Assembly: GCA_902463725.1 (NCBI GenBank)
Contig: CABQGK010000006.1
Location: 92,121 to 156,120 of the forward strand
Reading direction: 5' to 3'
Length of the DNA stretch: 64,000 bases
Source: an uncultured Sutterella sp.
GTDB lineage: Bacteria; Pseudomonadota; Gammaproteobacteria; Burkholderiales; Burkholderiaceae_F
The notes below the pieces were generated by a model. That model was not told the origin of the DNA, ran no database searches, and was given only the letters and a program-made list of their open reading frames with translations. Both the position numbers and the translations under genes were made by a program. Shown one piece after another: positions 50,075 to 60,677 of the stretch. Numbering within the stretch: position 1 is the first letter of the stretch; every line of letters starts with the position of its first letter.

Positions 50075-51469
50075 ATGAGCAGTAACTATCAGGTGCTTGC
50101 TAGAAAGTGGAGGCCACATGATTTTGAGACCATGGTCGGTCAAGATCATGTGGTTACGGCACTGACGCGAGCCCTATCTGAGAAGCGCCTGCACCATGCC
50201 TACCTTTTCACGGGCACGCGTGGGGTAGGTAAGACCACAATCTCCCGAATTTTTGCCAAGGCACTCAACTGTCAAGGTGTTGATGGGCACGGTGATATCA
50301 CTGCCAAGCCCTGCGGTGTTTGCCCAGCTTGCCGAGCCATTGATGAGGGGCGTTATCCCGATTACATCGAGATGGACGCGGCGAGTAATCGTTCCGTCGA
50401 AGACATCACAGCCTTGCTCGATAAGGCCATGTATGCGCCGACGCAGGGGCGCTTTAAGATCTACATGATCGACGAAGTGCACATGATGACGACGACGGCG
50501 TTCAATGCGATGCTTAAGACGCTCGAGGAGCCGCCCGAATACATCAAATTTATTTTGGCGACGACCGACCCGCAGAAGGTGCCGATTACGGTGCTGTCGC
50601 GTTGCTTGCAGTTCAATTTGCGTAATATGACGCCCTCGGGGATTGTCTCGCATATGGAGCACATCCTAAACGAGGAGAAAATCGCTTACGAAGAGGGGGC
50701 ACTGCGACTGCTTGCAAACGGTGCGCGTGGCTCGATGCGTGACGGCCTTTCGCTACTTGATCAGGCGATTGCTTACTGTGGTAGTCGTATTGAGACGCAG
50801 CCCGTGCGGCAGATGCTCGGCATGAGTAGTGAAGAGAGCCTAGTGGGCATTCTTGATGCGCTTGCCGCAGGCGATGGCGCTGCAATGATCGCTATCGCAG
50901 ATAACATGTCGCTTATGGGCGTGTCGTTTGCTCAAGCGCTGCGTGACCTCGCGGGGCTCCTGCATCGTTTAGCCTTACTGCAGCGTATCCCAGGCACTCG
51001 CCTTGAAGAAGAGGTGGATGCGGAGTTACTGACGCATCTACTGGAACTCTTTACGCCCGAAGAAATTCAGCTCTACTACCAAATCGTGATTCACGGCCGC
51101 AATGATTTGGGTCTCGCGCCTGATGAGTATGCTGGCTTTACGATGACACTACTGAGACTGCTGGCGTTTAAGCCATCAGGGCTGCGGGGGCGTAGTGAAG
51201 TGCTCGCTCGAGACGCAGGGCATGTGCCGGCGATAACAAAGCGAGCCATGGAAGCGCCTGCGCGCACGATACAACCAGCACAGAATTCGGCGCCGTTGGC
51301 GCCTGCCGTGCCCGCTTCGCCAAAAAGCCCTGCCGCAGGGGGCGCTGAACGAGCAGGGGCTACTGCAGCAACTGCGCAGTCAGTGCCTGCATCTCAGGGC
51401 GCCCAGAGCCATGCTCAAGCGCCCCTTCAAGTCGATGATATCGACTTGTCTCCCCCCTGGGGAGAATGA
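50075..51469 (+). CDS. dnaX: DNA polymerase III gamma/tau, N-terminal part (domains I-III + linker, 464 aa)
   Basis: LARKWRP, GTRGVGKTT, IDEVHM, SRC, GSMRDGLSL, MTLLRLLAF; stops at TGA 51467-51469. Confidence 0.95.
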   Translation: MSSNYQVLARKWRPHDFETMVGQDHVVTALTRALSEKRLHHAYLFTGTRGVGKTTISRIFAKALNCQGVDGHGDITAKPCGVCPACRAIDEGRYPDYIEMDAASNRSVEDITALLDKAMYAPTQGRFKIYMIDEVHMMTTTAFNAMLKTLEEPPEYIKFILATTDPQKVPITVLSRCLQFNLRNMTPSGIVSHMEHILNEEKIAYEEGALRLLANGARGSMRDGLSLLDQAIAYCGSRIETQPVRQMLGMSSEESLVGILDALAAGDGAAMIAIADNMSLMGVSFAQALRDLAGLLHRLALLQRIPGTRLEEEVDAELLTHLLELFTPEEIQLYYQIVIHGRNDLGLAPDEYAGFTMTLLRLLAFKPSGLRGRSEVLARDAGHVPAITKRAMEAPARTIQPAQNSAPLAPAVPASPKSPAAGGAERAGATAATAQSVPASQGAQSHAQAPLQVDDIDLSPPWGE

Positions 51470-51911
51470 ACCGCCAGTTGAGCAAGCTCCAGAGGCGCCG
51501 CTCGAAGACTACGGTAACACAGTGTTTTCTGAGCGCTCCTCGCTTGACTGGCGGAGCATTATTGAAGGAGCAGGACTTCGTGGTCCGATTAAGAATTTAG
51601 CCTCGCAAGCGCAGGTATTAACGCTCGAGGATAACCTCGTGGTTTTACGCCTGAGTATTGGGGCATTTGCCACAGAATCCAACCGTCAACAGTTAGAGGT
51701 GATGCTCACGGCTCATTTTGGTCGTGCATTCCATGTACGCTTTGAGGTGGGAGAATTGACGAGCGAGACGGTTAGTGATGAAGTGGCGCGAGAGCGTGCT
51801 GCCAAAATGGCAGAACGTGTACGCCGCTTTAAACAGGTTCCGCTAGTGGCGAAACTCATCAATGAAATGGGGGCCATGCTCGAGGAGAGCACGGTCGTCG
51901 AGCATCATTAA
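51462..51911 (+). CDS. dnaX: DNA polymerase III tau C-terminal domain, in +1 frame relative to dnaX
   Basis: DWRSII...L...NLASQA...VVLRL...QQLEVMLTAHFG...ETV...PLVAKLINEMGAMLEESTV matches the tau domain V layout; lies between dnaX and ybaB. Confidence 0.8.
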   Translation, partial: ENEPPVEQAPEAPLEDYGNTVFSERSSLDWRSIIEGAGLRGPIKNLASQAQVLTLEDNLVVLRLSIGAFATESNRQQLEVMLTAHFGRAFHVRFEVGELTSETVSDEVARERAAKMAERVRRFKQVPLVAKLINEMGAMLEESTVVEHH

Positions 51912-51936
51912 CTATTCAATAGAGAAAGGGCAGTTT

Positions 51937-52254
51937 ATGCGTGGTTTTACTCGTGGTAACAACCTGATGGATCAGGCCATGAAAATGCAGGCCAAACTTG
52001 AGCAAGTGCGCAAGCAGATTGCTGAGATGGAGTTCACAGGTGAAGCTGGTGGTGGCGCAGTCAAGGTCGTCATCAATGGCGAAAATAAGGTGCTCAAGGT
52101 CAGTATTGATCCTGCTGCCGTGGATGTGGACGATTTGGGGATGCTTGAAGACCTGATCGTGCTTGCGACCAATAACGCGGTGGCGACAGCCAAAGAAACG
52201 AGCGACAAGGTGTTGTCCTCGCAGGTTCGACTGCCGCCAGGCTTCGGTTTCTAA
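51937..52254 (+). CDS. ybaB: YbaB/EbfC nucleoid-associated protein
   Basis: QAMKMQ, GEAGGGAVKV, MLEDLIVLATNNA, LPPGF. Confidence 0.93.
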   Translation: MRGFTRGNNLMDQAMKMQAKLEQVRKQIAEMEFTGEAGGGAVKVVINGENKVLKVSIDPAAVDVDDLGMLEDLIVLATNNAVATAKETSDKVLSSQVRLPPGFGF

Positions 52255-52339
52255 TCGCGCTATCTACGTTCCCCCGTGTGCTTGATAGAGCGACTTGAGG
52301 TTCCGGGGGCATTGATTTTTTTGCTAGGACAGAGAGAGT

Positions 52340-52972
52340 ATGTCACTACGACCGGCCCCAAGTGTTGCACACTTGATCTCAGAGCTGGAAAAGTTGCCAG
52401 GTTTAGGGCCGCTGTCAGCGCAGCGAGCGGCCTATTGGCTGCTAAAGGGGGGCGGCGATCGCATGATGCCGCTCGCACGTGCTCTAAGTGAGGCTTCCGA
52501 GCGTGTGGGACATTGCCCGTTGTGCAACACCTTCACAGAGGGCGGTCTCTGTGAACTCTGTGCTGATGAGAGTCGCGATCGCTCTGTGCTTTGTGTTGTG
52601 GAGAGCGTTGCGGATCAACAAGCGCTGGAGAACTCTTTGGCTTGGCCAGGGTTGTACTTTGTGCTCTCTGGTCGTCTCAATCCGATTGAGGGAAATGGCC
52701 CCAAGGAGATCGGACTCGTACAACTCATTGAGCGTATCGAGCAAGAAGCAGAAACGCTCAAGGAGGTGGTTGTTGCTACGAGCTACACGCCTGAGGGTGA
52801 TGCCACCGCATACTATCTGATCGACGTATTGCAGAAACGTTGCCCAGCGCTAAGGGTGACGCGTTTGGCACGCGGACTCCCAACAGGTATTGAGATCAAA
52901 TATACCGATCTCAATACCATCGCCAATGCCGTATTTGCTCGTAGAGACGCTGCGGGTGGGCAAGGAGAATAA
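52340..52972 (+). CDS. recR: Recombination protein RecR
   Basis: LPGLGPLSAQR, CPLCNT...CELC, LCVVE, EGDATA, RLARGLP. Confidence 0.96.
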   Translation: MSLRPAPSVAHLISELEKLPGLGPLSAQRAAYWLLKGGGDRMMPLARALSEASERVGHCPLCNTFTEGGLCELCADESRDRSVLCVVESVADQQALENSLAWPGLYFVLSGRLNPIEGNGPKEIGLVQLIERIEQEAETLKEVVVATSYTPEGDATAYYLIDVLQKRCPALRVTRLARGLPTGIEIKYTDLNTIANAVFARRDAAGGQGE

Positions 52973-52978
52973 CACTTC

Positions 52979-53566
52979 ATGACAGACATTGAGATTGTGA
53001 AAGCCTCGCTTAATGAGGCTCGGGATGCACTTGACGCATTTTTAGCGAACGACCGCGCTCAGCAAGCGGTCGTGGACGCTGCTTTGCTCATGGCTGAAGC
53101 GCTTCGCGGGGGAGGAAAAGTCATGAGCTGCGGCAATGGTGGGAGCTTCTGCGATGCGATGCATTTTGCCGAGGAGATGACGGGGCGTTTTCGAGAAAAT
53201 CGCCCGCCTTACGCCGCTGTGGCGATCTCTGACGCATCGCACCTCTCTTGTGTAGGCAATGATTTTGGTTTTGACGAAGTGTTTGCCCGATATGTTATGG
53301 CGCACGGGCGTGCGGGGGATGTGCTTTTGGCGATTAGCACGTCTGGGAAAAGTCCCAATATCATTCGTGCAGCAGAAGAAGCACATAAGCGAGGGGTGCG
53401 TGTTGTGGTGATGACGGGCCGTGCAGACACTCCTCTCAGCAGCATGGCCGATGTGGCTATTGTGACGCCAGGTGGACGCTGGGCAGATCGTGTGCAGGAA
53501 TTGCACATTAAGTGCATCCATATCATGATTGAATTAATTGAAAAGGCGATGCAAGCTTCGCACTAA
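52979..53566 (+). CDS. gmhA: Phosphoheptose isomerase
   Basis: CGNGGSFCDAMHFAEE, ISTSGKS, DRVQELHIK. Confidence 0.95.
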   Translation: MTDIEIVKASLNEARDALDAFLANDRAQQAVVDAALLMAEALRGGGKVMSCGNGGSFCDAMHFAEEMTGRFRENRPPYAAVAISDASHLSCVGNDFGFDEVFARYVMAHGRAGDVLLAISTSGKSPNIIRAAEEAHKRGVRVVVMTGRADTPLSSMADVAIVTPGGRWADRVQELHIKCIHIMIELIEKAMQASH

Positions 53567-53954
53567 CGTCGTTTCTGTTTGTGAAGCTGATAGCGAGCAC
53601 TTGCCCACCCGTTGGGTTCGCTAGTACTAAAAAGCAGATGGCCTCTGCCGCGAGGCGCAGAAAATATTGCTAAACTAGCGCTTCTCAGAACGGAGTCGAT
53701 TTGCCTACTATCACATCGTTCAATGCTGGACGATGGTTGCCACGCCAGTCGGCAGGCTCTGTAGATTCGCTCTGCCATGGGGAGTGAGTGTGAAAACTCC
53801 CCTATGGTTACTTAGTCTGCTGGCATGGCGACAGTCAAGGGGCACTCAGTGCTGTCCCATTTTCCCCCAAGGTAAAAGTTTTCAGTAGCGTTGCACGAAA
53901 CAGAGGTTTTCCGCTGACGCGTGGCCGCGCTTATTTATTGAAGAAGAGAGAATC

Positions 53955-54434
53955 ATGAACACCCGTATTCCAATTACGGCTCGTGGAGCAGAAAAACTCA
54001 AAGCAGAACTAGAACACCTCAAAAAGGTTGCCCGTCCCGCAGTGGTGGCAGCAATTGCTGAAGCCCGCGAAAAAGGTGATCTGTCTGAAAATGCTGAGTA
54101 TGATGCCGCCCGCGAGGAACAGGGACATATTGAAGGGCGTATTGCTGAGCTTGAAGGGAAGATCCCTGCATTGCAGATCATTGACCCCGCGACGCTTGAT
54201 GCAGGTGAGCGTATTGTTTTTGGAGCAACGGTGACCCTCTATGATGAAGAGGACGACAGCTCCGTTACGTACCAGATCGTAGGTGACGATGAGGCAGACA
54301 TTAAGGAAAATCGTATTTCTGTGTCTTCGCCGATTGCTCGTGCACTCATCGGAAAGAATGAGGGCGACATGGTGCAGTTTCGTGCGCCTAAAGGCTTGGT
54401 GAGCTTTGAAATCGAATCTGTGGAGTATAAGTAA
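53955..54434 (+). CDS. greA: Transcription elongation factor GreA
   Basis: [28 protein letters not shown]. Confidence 0.96.
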   Translation: MNTRIPITARGAEKLKAELEHLKKVARPAVVAAIAEAREKGDLSENAEYDAAREEQGHIEGRIAELEGKIPALQIIDPATLDAGERIVFGATVTLYDEEDDSSVTYQIVGDDEADIKENRISVSSPIARALIGKNEGDMVQFRAPKGLVSFEIESVEYK

Positions 54435-54516
54435 CCACGTGATTCTAGGCTGTGGCTACGTTGCGGCTTGCTGCGACGCAGCACTCTGCGCCAGAAGGCA
54501 TCAGCGCTAAACGAGA

Positions 54517-54572
54517 AAAAGCCGATTGTCTGTGATCTGAAGCCATGAGGCTCGATAGGACAGTCGGCTTTT
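54517..54572. terminator. Inverted repeat between convergent greA and yhbY
   Basis: AAAAGCCGATTGTC/GACAGTCGGCTTTT. Confidence 0.55.
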
Positions 54573-54627
54573 CCTTCAAGGGCAGCGGAGGATCGTGACC
54601 TCACTGCCCAAGACCTGTGTGCTCCGC

Positions 54628-55149
54628 TTAGGACATGGCGGCCTTTTTCGTGACGCGGGTGCGCTTGGGGCGTGCGCGGCGTGGAGCGGGTTCCACACGC
54701 TTTTTCTTTTCGCCAGGCTTTTTAGAGGCAACCTTCTTTGCGGCGGGGGCATTCTTTGCCGAGCGCTTGACGGGCGTCTCAGCAGGCGCTTCTTTTTGGC
54801 CTGCAAGCGTGACACGCCCCATGGTGAGCGCCGCCAGACGAGAGGCCGCTTCCGTGTCTACGTCGTCTTCGGTATCAGATGGGCGCCAGAAAATGAGGAG
54901 TTTGCCGATCATCTGCACACGAGCAGCACCAAGTTTCTCTGCAATCTCAGCAAAGATCGATTCACGCTCTTGACGATCGGCAGTGGGGACCCGAACTTTG
55001 ATGAGCTCATGCGCCTTAAGTTCGCGATCGATTTCGCGTAGTACCGCATCGGTTAGGCCATTGGCTCCAAGCAGTACAACGGGATCAAGGTGATGAGCCT
55101 TGGAACGAAGGGCAAGCCGCGTATCGCGGGCCAGAACAATTTCTTTCAT
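54628..55149 (-). CDS. yhbY: YhbY/CRM RNA-binding protein with basic C-terminal tail
   Basis: LRSKAHHLDPVV, HELIKV, QMIGKLLIFWR. Confidence 0.9.
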   Translation of the reverse strand: MKEIVLARDTRLALRSKAHHLDPVVLLGANGLTDAVLREIDRELKAHELIKVRVPTADRQERESIFAEIAEKLGAARVQMIGKLLIFWRPSDTEDDVDTEAASRLAALTMGRVTLAGQKEAPAETPVKRSAKNAPAAKKVASKKPGEKKKRVEPAPRRARPKRTRVTKKAAMS

Positions 55150-55197
55150 AATTAGTTTGAATTCGAACGAGAGGGGATTGACTACAATCCAAAAACT

Positions 55198-55842
55198 ATG
55201 CCAGTAGCAACAAAAAAATTACGCTCCAACCGTGCTTGGATCGAACGTCATATCAATGATCCGTTCGTGAAGCGCTCCAAGTCTGAGGGTTATCGCGCGC
55301 GTTCCGTCTATAAACTAACGGAGCTTGATGATCGCGAGAAACTTCTGCGTCCGGGCTTGACCGTGGTGGATCTGGGGGCAGCCCCAGGAAGTTGGACGCA
55401 GATTGTCCGCGAGCGGCTTGTCGACAAGCAGGGGCATCTCAATGGCCGCATCATTGCCATGGACATTCTGCCGATGGATCCTATCGACGGGGTGACATTC
55501 CTGCAGGGAGATTTCCGCGAGCAGGAGGTAGCCGACAAATTAACAGAAATTTTAGATGGTGACAAGGTGGACGTGGTATTAAGTGATATGGCGCCCAACC
55601 TCTCTGGAATTCCGGCGGCAGACGCAGCGCGTTCGCTACTTCTCAACGAGTTGGCGTTGGAGTTTTGCATTGAACATCTCGCCCGTCATGGCGTTTTCGT
55701 CACCAAAGCGTTCCAGGGTAGTGGCTTTTCTCAGTATGTTGAGGCGCTGAAGAAAACTTTCCGAAAAGTTGATATCCGTAAGCCTGCTGCGAGTCGAGAC
55801 ACTAGTGCTGAAGTCTATCTCGTGGCACGGCATCTCAAGTAA
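55198..55842 (+). CDS. rlmE: 23S rRNA Um2552 methyltransferase
   Basis: GYRARSVYKL, DLGAAPGSW, LSDMAPN, KPAASR..SAEVY. Confidence 0.96.
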   Translation: MPVATKKLRSNRAWIERHINDPFVKRSKSEGYRARSVYKLTELDDREKLLRPGLTVVDLGAAPGSWTQIVRERLVDKQGHLNGRIIAMDILPMDPIDGVTFLQGDFREQEVADKLTEILDGDKVDVVLSDMAPNLSGIPAADAARSLLLNELALEFCIEHLARHGVFVTKAFQGSGFSQYVEALKKTFRKVDIRKPAASRDTSAEVYLVARHLK

Positions 55843-56074
55843 ATTGCTTCACTATTTGATGCAGTTTGGCAAGTGTATTGCGGCGTGCCCCTGCTACCCC
55901 AAGCCTTCCTTTTCGGTAGAATAGGAAATACATTTGTCCAAAGTGTCCCCTTGCGGGCGTTTGCGCTTCATCGGCACACCCACGGACACAAGCCATTCAC
56001 TCTATATAAGGAAGGGACAACGTCCTCAACCACGCCCTCAGGCATGGGGGTCGGGACGTTGCTGGAGAATCAAG

Positions 56075-58051
56075 TTGAATTCAAAGAAAATCGCGCGTTT
56101 GGCACTGTGGGCGGTTTTTGTCATTGCGCTCTTTACGCTGTTCAGGCAGTTTGAGACGACCGACAAGGCTGCAGATACTGTCAGTTATACGCAGTTCATG
56201 CAAGATGCTAAAGACGGCAAGGTGCGCAAGGTCGAGATCCAGGGGCACACGATTACCGTGACGCCAGCCTCAGGCCCCGTCTACACGATTACGAGTCCAG
56301 GCGATATTTGGATGGTCGAAGAACTGCGCAAGACAGGCGTGCCTGTCTTCGGTAAAGCAGAAGAAGAGCCGTCGTTCCTCGTTTCTATTTTTGTGTCTTG
56401 GTTCCCGATGCTATTGCTCATCGGTGTGTGGATCTTCTTTATCCGCAACATGCAGTCGGGAGGTGGCTCCGGTGGCGCTTTCTCCTTTGGTAAGTCCAAG
56501 GCAAAGATGCTGAGCGAGGAGTCGAACAAGGTTCGTTTTAAGGATGTGGCTGGTTGTGATGAAGCCAAGGCCGAAGTGCAGGAAATCGTTGACTTTCTGC
56601 GAGACCCCAACCGCTTCCAACGACTTGGTGGCCGTATTCCACGCGGTGTTCTCTTAGTTGGTAGCCCTGGCACGGGTAAAACCTTGCTTGCTAAGGCGAT
56701 TGCGGGTGAGGCCAGCGTGCCGTTCTTTACCATTTCGGGCTCCGACTTTGTTGAAATGTTTGTCGGTGTGGGTGCGGCTCGCGTGCGTGACATGTTTGAA
56801 AACGCCAAGAAAAACGCTCCCTGCATCATCTTCGTCGATGAAATTGACGCTGTTGGGCGTCACCGTGGCGCTGGTGTTGGTGGTGGTAATGATGAGCGCG
56901 AACAGACGCTCAATCAGATGCTCGTCGAGATGGACGGCTTTGATACCGGAGCAACCGTCATTGTGATTGCGGCAACAAACCGTCCGGACGTGCTAGACCC
57001 TGCACTACTGCGCCCAGGCCGTTTTGACCGTCAGGTGGTCGTGCCCTTGCCGGATATCCGTGGTCGTGAGCAGATTCTTAATGTGCATATGCGCAAAATC
57101 CCTGTTGGCACCGACATTGATGCGAACGTGATTGCGCGTGGTACGCCAGGTTTCTCTGGGGCAGACCTCGCCAACTTGGTTAACGAAGCTGCGCTCTTTG
57201 CTGCACGTCGAAATGCACGCGTCGTCGAAATGCGTGACTTCGAAAATGCTAAAGACAAGATCATGATGGGCGCAGAGCGCCGTGCCATGGTGATGAGTGA
57301 GGAAGAACGCCGAAACACCGCGTACCATGAGTCGGGACATGCGGTGGTCGCACGTCTCATGCCTAAGTCTGATCCTGTTCACAAGGTGACGATCATTCCG
57401 CGCGGTCGTGCGCTCGGTGTGACGATGCAGTTGCCGCAGGAAGATCAGTACGCCTACGATCGTCAATACATCCTCAGCCGTATCGCTATTCTTTTCGGTG
57501 GGCGCATCGCCGAGGAACTGTTTATGAACCAAATGACGACGGGCGCTTCCAACGACTTTGAGCGTGCAACGCAACTCGCCCGTGATATGGTCACGCGATT
57601 CGGCATGAGCGATCGACTTGGTGTCATGGTTTATGCGGAAAGTGAAAGTAGCGGCGGCTTTTTGGGCGCTTCGAGCGTACGTCGTACGATTTCTGAAGAG
57701 ACTCAGCGTGAGGTGGATGCTGAAGTGCGTCGTATCCTCGAGGAGCAGTATGCCGTGGCTCGTAAAATTCTCGAGGATAATCGAGACAAGATGCATCGCA
57801 TGGCCAAAGCATTGCTCGAGTGGGAAACGATCGATGCTGAGCAGATTGACGACATTATGCAAGGGCGTGAGCCTCGTGCTCCTAAGAAACCCGAGCCTGA
57901 TGAGCCGCCAGTAAATGCCGCGCCAGCCGAAGGTGAGCATGCGGAGACTGTCTCCGCGCCGCAGCCCTCAAGTGCTGAGGCGGATAAGCCTTCAGCGTCC
58001 ACTGAGGTAAGCGCAGATGAACACGATGAGCAGAGCGGCCCACGTGCCTAA
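56075..58051 (+). CDS. ftsH: ATP-dependent zinc metalloprotease FtsH
   Basis: 2 [32 protein letters not shown]; start taken as TTG 56075 with GGAG SD at 56064. Confidence 0.96.
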   Translation: MNSKKIARLALWAVFVIALFTLFRQFETTDKAADTVSYTQFMQDAKDGKVRKVEIQGHTITVTPASGPVYTITSPGDIWMVEELRKTGVPVFGKAEEEPSFLVSIFVSWFPMLLLIGVWIFFIRNMQSGGGSGGAFSFGKSKAKMLSEESNKVRFKDVAGCDEAKAEVQEIVDFLRDPNRFQRLGGRIPRGVLLVGSPGTGKTLLAKAIAGEASVPFFTISGSDFVEMFVGVGAARVRDMFENAKKNAPCIIFVDEIDAVGRHRGAGVGGGNDEREQTLNQMLVEMDGFDTGATVIVIAATNRPDVLDPALLRPGRFDRQVVVPLPDIRGREQILNVHMRKIPVGTDIDANVIARGTPGFSGADLANLVNEAALFAARRNARVVEMRDFENAKDKIMMGAERRAMVMSEEERRNTAYHESGHAVVARLMPKSDPVHKVTIIPRGRALGVTMQLPQEDQYAYDRQYILSRIAILFGGRIAEELFMNQMTTGASNDFERATQLARDMVTRFGMSDRLGVMVYAESESSGGFLGASSVRRTISEETQREVDAEVRRILEEQYAVARKILEDNRDKMHRMAKALLEWETIDAEQIDDIMQGREPRAPKKPEPDEPPVNAAPAEGEHAETVSAPQPSSAEADKPSASTEVSADEHDEQSGPRA

Positions 58052-58075
58052 GTACTAGAGTTACCCGCTCTGACC

Positions 58076-58110
58076 AAGGCTGCAGAGAAATAGTATCCTG
58101 CAGCCTTTTT
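58076..58110 (+). terminator. Terminator after ftsH
   Basis: AAGGCTGCAG/CTGCAGCCTT + TTT. Confidence 0.75.
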
Positions 58111-58169
58111 CCGTACGTAGCCCCCTTTGAGCACGCCGCTCATTCGGGTGCGACAAGGAGACAAAAAGA

Positions 58170-59042
58170 ATGCAACGTCAAGTAGATGCTGCCACTTATT
58201 GGCAGTGCGGTAAGAAAAGGTTAGATTTTAGTGAGAATGCCCCTTTAATCATGGGAATTCTCAATGTGACCCCCGATTCGTTTTCAGATGGAGGCACGCA
58301 CAATCGTCCTCTTGAGGCTCTTGCTTGGGCTCGACGTATGCGTGATGAAGGTGCGCATATTATTGATGTAGGAGGAGAGTCGACGCGCCCAGGGTTTGAT
58401 GAATTCGGGGTGAGCCTTGAACAAGAGCGCGAACGTGTGATTCCTGTGGTTGAAGCGCTAGTTAACGAGGGCTTCATTGTGAGTGTGGACACCTCTAAGC
58501 CCGAGATCATGAGAGAAGTCGCTGCGCTTGGCGCGCATATTCTCAACGACATTCGTGGGTTTACTGTGCCTGGTGCGCTTGAGGCCGCAGCTGCGACGCA
58601 ATGCGGTTTGGTGATCATGCATCGCGCGCTCGAACCCAATTACCATGATTTGGTGGGCGAGGTGGAGGCTTTCCTGCTTGAGCAATCCCATAAGGCTGAG
58701 GCACTGGGGATTGCGTCGGAGCGGATTTGCTGGGATCCTGGGTTTGGCTTTGGAAAGAACGTTGAGCAGAATTTTGAGTTGCTTGCCGCGAGTGAGAGGT
58801 TTGTTGCCAGTGGCTACCCTTATCTGATGGGGTTATCGAGAAAGTCGTCGATTGGCGCTGTCAGCGCCCAAAGTAAGCCGCTCGATCGAATCTATGGGTC
58901 GGTCACGGGGGCTGTAATGGCTGCTGAACGCGGCACGCAGATTGTACGCGTGCATGACTGCCGTGCGACGGCAGATGCGCTTGCCGTTTGGCGCGCTACG
59001 GAAAAAGCGCAGCAGAGACTGCAGGAAGAACAAAAGATCTAA
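58170..59042 (+). CDS. folP: Dihydropteroate synthase
   Basis: [40 protein letters not shown]. Confidence 0.97.
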   Translation: MQRQVDAATYWQCGKKRLDFSENAPLIMGILNVTPDSFSDGGTHNRPLEALAWARRMRDEGAHIIDVGGESTRPGFDEFGVSLEQERERVIPVVEALVNEGFIVSVDTSKPEIMREVAALGAHILNDIRGFTVPGALEAAAATQCGLVIMHRALEPNYHDLVGEVEAFLLEQSHKAEALGIASERICWDPGFGFGKNVEQNFELLAASERFVASGYPYLMGLSRKSSIGAVSAQSKPLDRIYGSVTGAVMAAERGTQIVRVHDCRATADALAVWRATEKAQQRLQEEQKI

Positions 59043-59107
59043 AAAGGAGGCAGGCAGCGTTGGGGGTATACACGAGCGTAGCCCATGGCATATGCCTGAA
59101 GAAAACA

Positions 59108-60445
59108 ATGAGTCGACGTTATTTTGGCACGGACGGTGTACGTGGTTTGGTTGGAGAGTTTCCCATTACGCCTGACTTTGTCATGTTACTCGGGCAAGCG
59201 GCAGGACGCGTGTTGACACGCCAACACCCGGGGCGCCGAGTGAGTGTACTGATTGGCAAGGACACGAGACTTTCTGGCTATATGTTGGAAGCCGCACTAC
59301 AGGCGGGGTTTACCTCTGTGGGGGTTGATGTTGTGCTTTGTGGGCCGATTCCGACGCCTGCTGTGGCGTACCTAACCCGCGCGTTGCGCCTCGATGCTGG
59401 GGTGGTCATTTCCGCGAGCCACAATCCCTTTATGGATAACGGCATCAAGTTTTTTTCTGCTGCGGGCAAAAAGTTCCCCGATGCGGTTGAGCTGGAGATC
59501 GAGGCGGAGATTGATCGAGGCTACCAGTGCTGTGGGCCAACGGAGTTTGGTAAAGCACGACGCTTGGATGATGCTGCAGGCCGTTACATTGAGTTTTGCA
59601 AATCGACCTTCAGTAATGACCTTGATCTGAGAGGGCTACGCATCTTGGTCGATTGCGCAAACGGAGCGGCCTACCATGTAGCGCCCGACGTTTTCCATGA
59701 GCTGGGAGCCGATATCGTGGTCAAGGGCGGAAAACCAAATGGCACCAATATCAACGAGGGGGTTGGCGCTACGCATACTGAGCACCTTGCAGAGTGGACG
59801 CGTGAGGCAGGATGCGATGTGGGTGTCAGTCTCGATGGAGATGCCGATCGGCTAATCATGGCCGATCCTGAGGGCACCGTTTATAACGGTGACTCGCTCC
59901 TATATGTCATGGTGAAGGATCGCCTCGCCGCTGGCAGCGTTGCTGGTGTCGTGGGAACCTTGATGACTAATTACGCACTCGAGCGTACGCTCAATAGCAT
60001 GGGCATTGACTTTGTGCGTGCCAAGGTGGGCGACCGATATGTGCTCGAGCAACTCGAGCAGCGCGGGTGGCTTTTGGGCGGAGAAAGCTCTGGTCATTTG
60101 CTCGCTTTGGATAAACAGACCACCGGTGATGGTATTGTGAGTGCGCTTCAGGTGCTCACTGCGATGCGCCGTCAAGGCAAGAGCCTTGCTGAGCTGACTG
60201 CCGATTGTCTCATGATGCCGCAAGTCCTTCTCAATAAGCGTATTCCCAAAGGCTACGCTTGGCAGGAGAATGCAAAATTCTCCGCGGCTGTGGCCGAGGC
60301 ACAGGCTGCGCTCTCCGGACGCGGGCGAGTACTCATTCGCCCCTCTGGAACAGAGCCGCTACTTCGCATCATGGTGGAAACCTCACCCAAACAAGAGGCG
60401 GAGCACTGGGCCGAGACCATTGCTGCTGCGTTAGTCATCGACTAA
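59108..60445 (+). CDS. glmM: Phosphoglucosamine mutase
   Basis: [36 protein letters not shown]; start ATG 59108. Confidence 0.97.
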   Translation: MSRRYFGTDGVRGLVGEFPITPDFVMLLGQAAGRVLTRQHPGRRVSVLIGKDTRLSGYMLEAALQAGFTSVGVDVVLCGPIPTPAVAYLTRALRLDAGVVISASHNPFMDNGIKFFSAAGKKFPDAVELEIEAEIDRGYQCCGPTEFGKARRLDDAAGRYIEFCKSTFSNDLDLRGLRILVDCANGAAYHVAPDVFHELGADIVVKGGKPNGTNINEGVGATHTEHLAEWTREAGCDVGVSLDGDADRLIMADPEGTVYNGDSLLYVMVKDRLAAGSVAGVVGTLMTNYALERTLNSMGIDFVRAKVGDRYVLEQLEQRGWLLGGESSGHLLALDKQTTGDGIVSALQVLTAMRRQGKSLAELTADCLMMPQVLLNKRIPKGYAWQENAKFSAAVAEAQAALSGRGRVLIRPSGTEPLLRIMVETSPKQEAEHWAETIAAALVID

Positions 60446-60677
60446 CAGTGTGCGGCGGCTTTGACGTAAGACGCTAAAGTTTGCTCTGATCATACAAATG
60501 CAGCGCGATCTGCGTCAAAGCTTGCTACACTTGAACTAACGACTGGCAATGCATGCGTTGAGCCGGCCGCGAGTTGGACGGCAGACACGGTGTTTGCCCA
60601 CTCTAAAATGCAACATCCGTAATTGTCCAATGATGGATATTGCCAATCATTGAATTAATCACTAACAGGAGAGCCAC

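Noticed and set aside
51411..51461. Independent start of the tau C-domain at ATG 51411/51435, or re-initiation at ATG 51466
   Set aside because: No convincing SD; 51435 is buried in a hairpin; ATG 51466 is in the third frame and stops after about 44 codons. Not fully excluded.
53714..53850. 6S RNA
   Set aside because: Rod too short and conserved 6S bubble-flanking motifs not convincingly present; kept only as a generic structured element.
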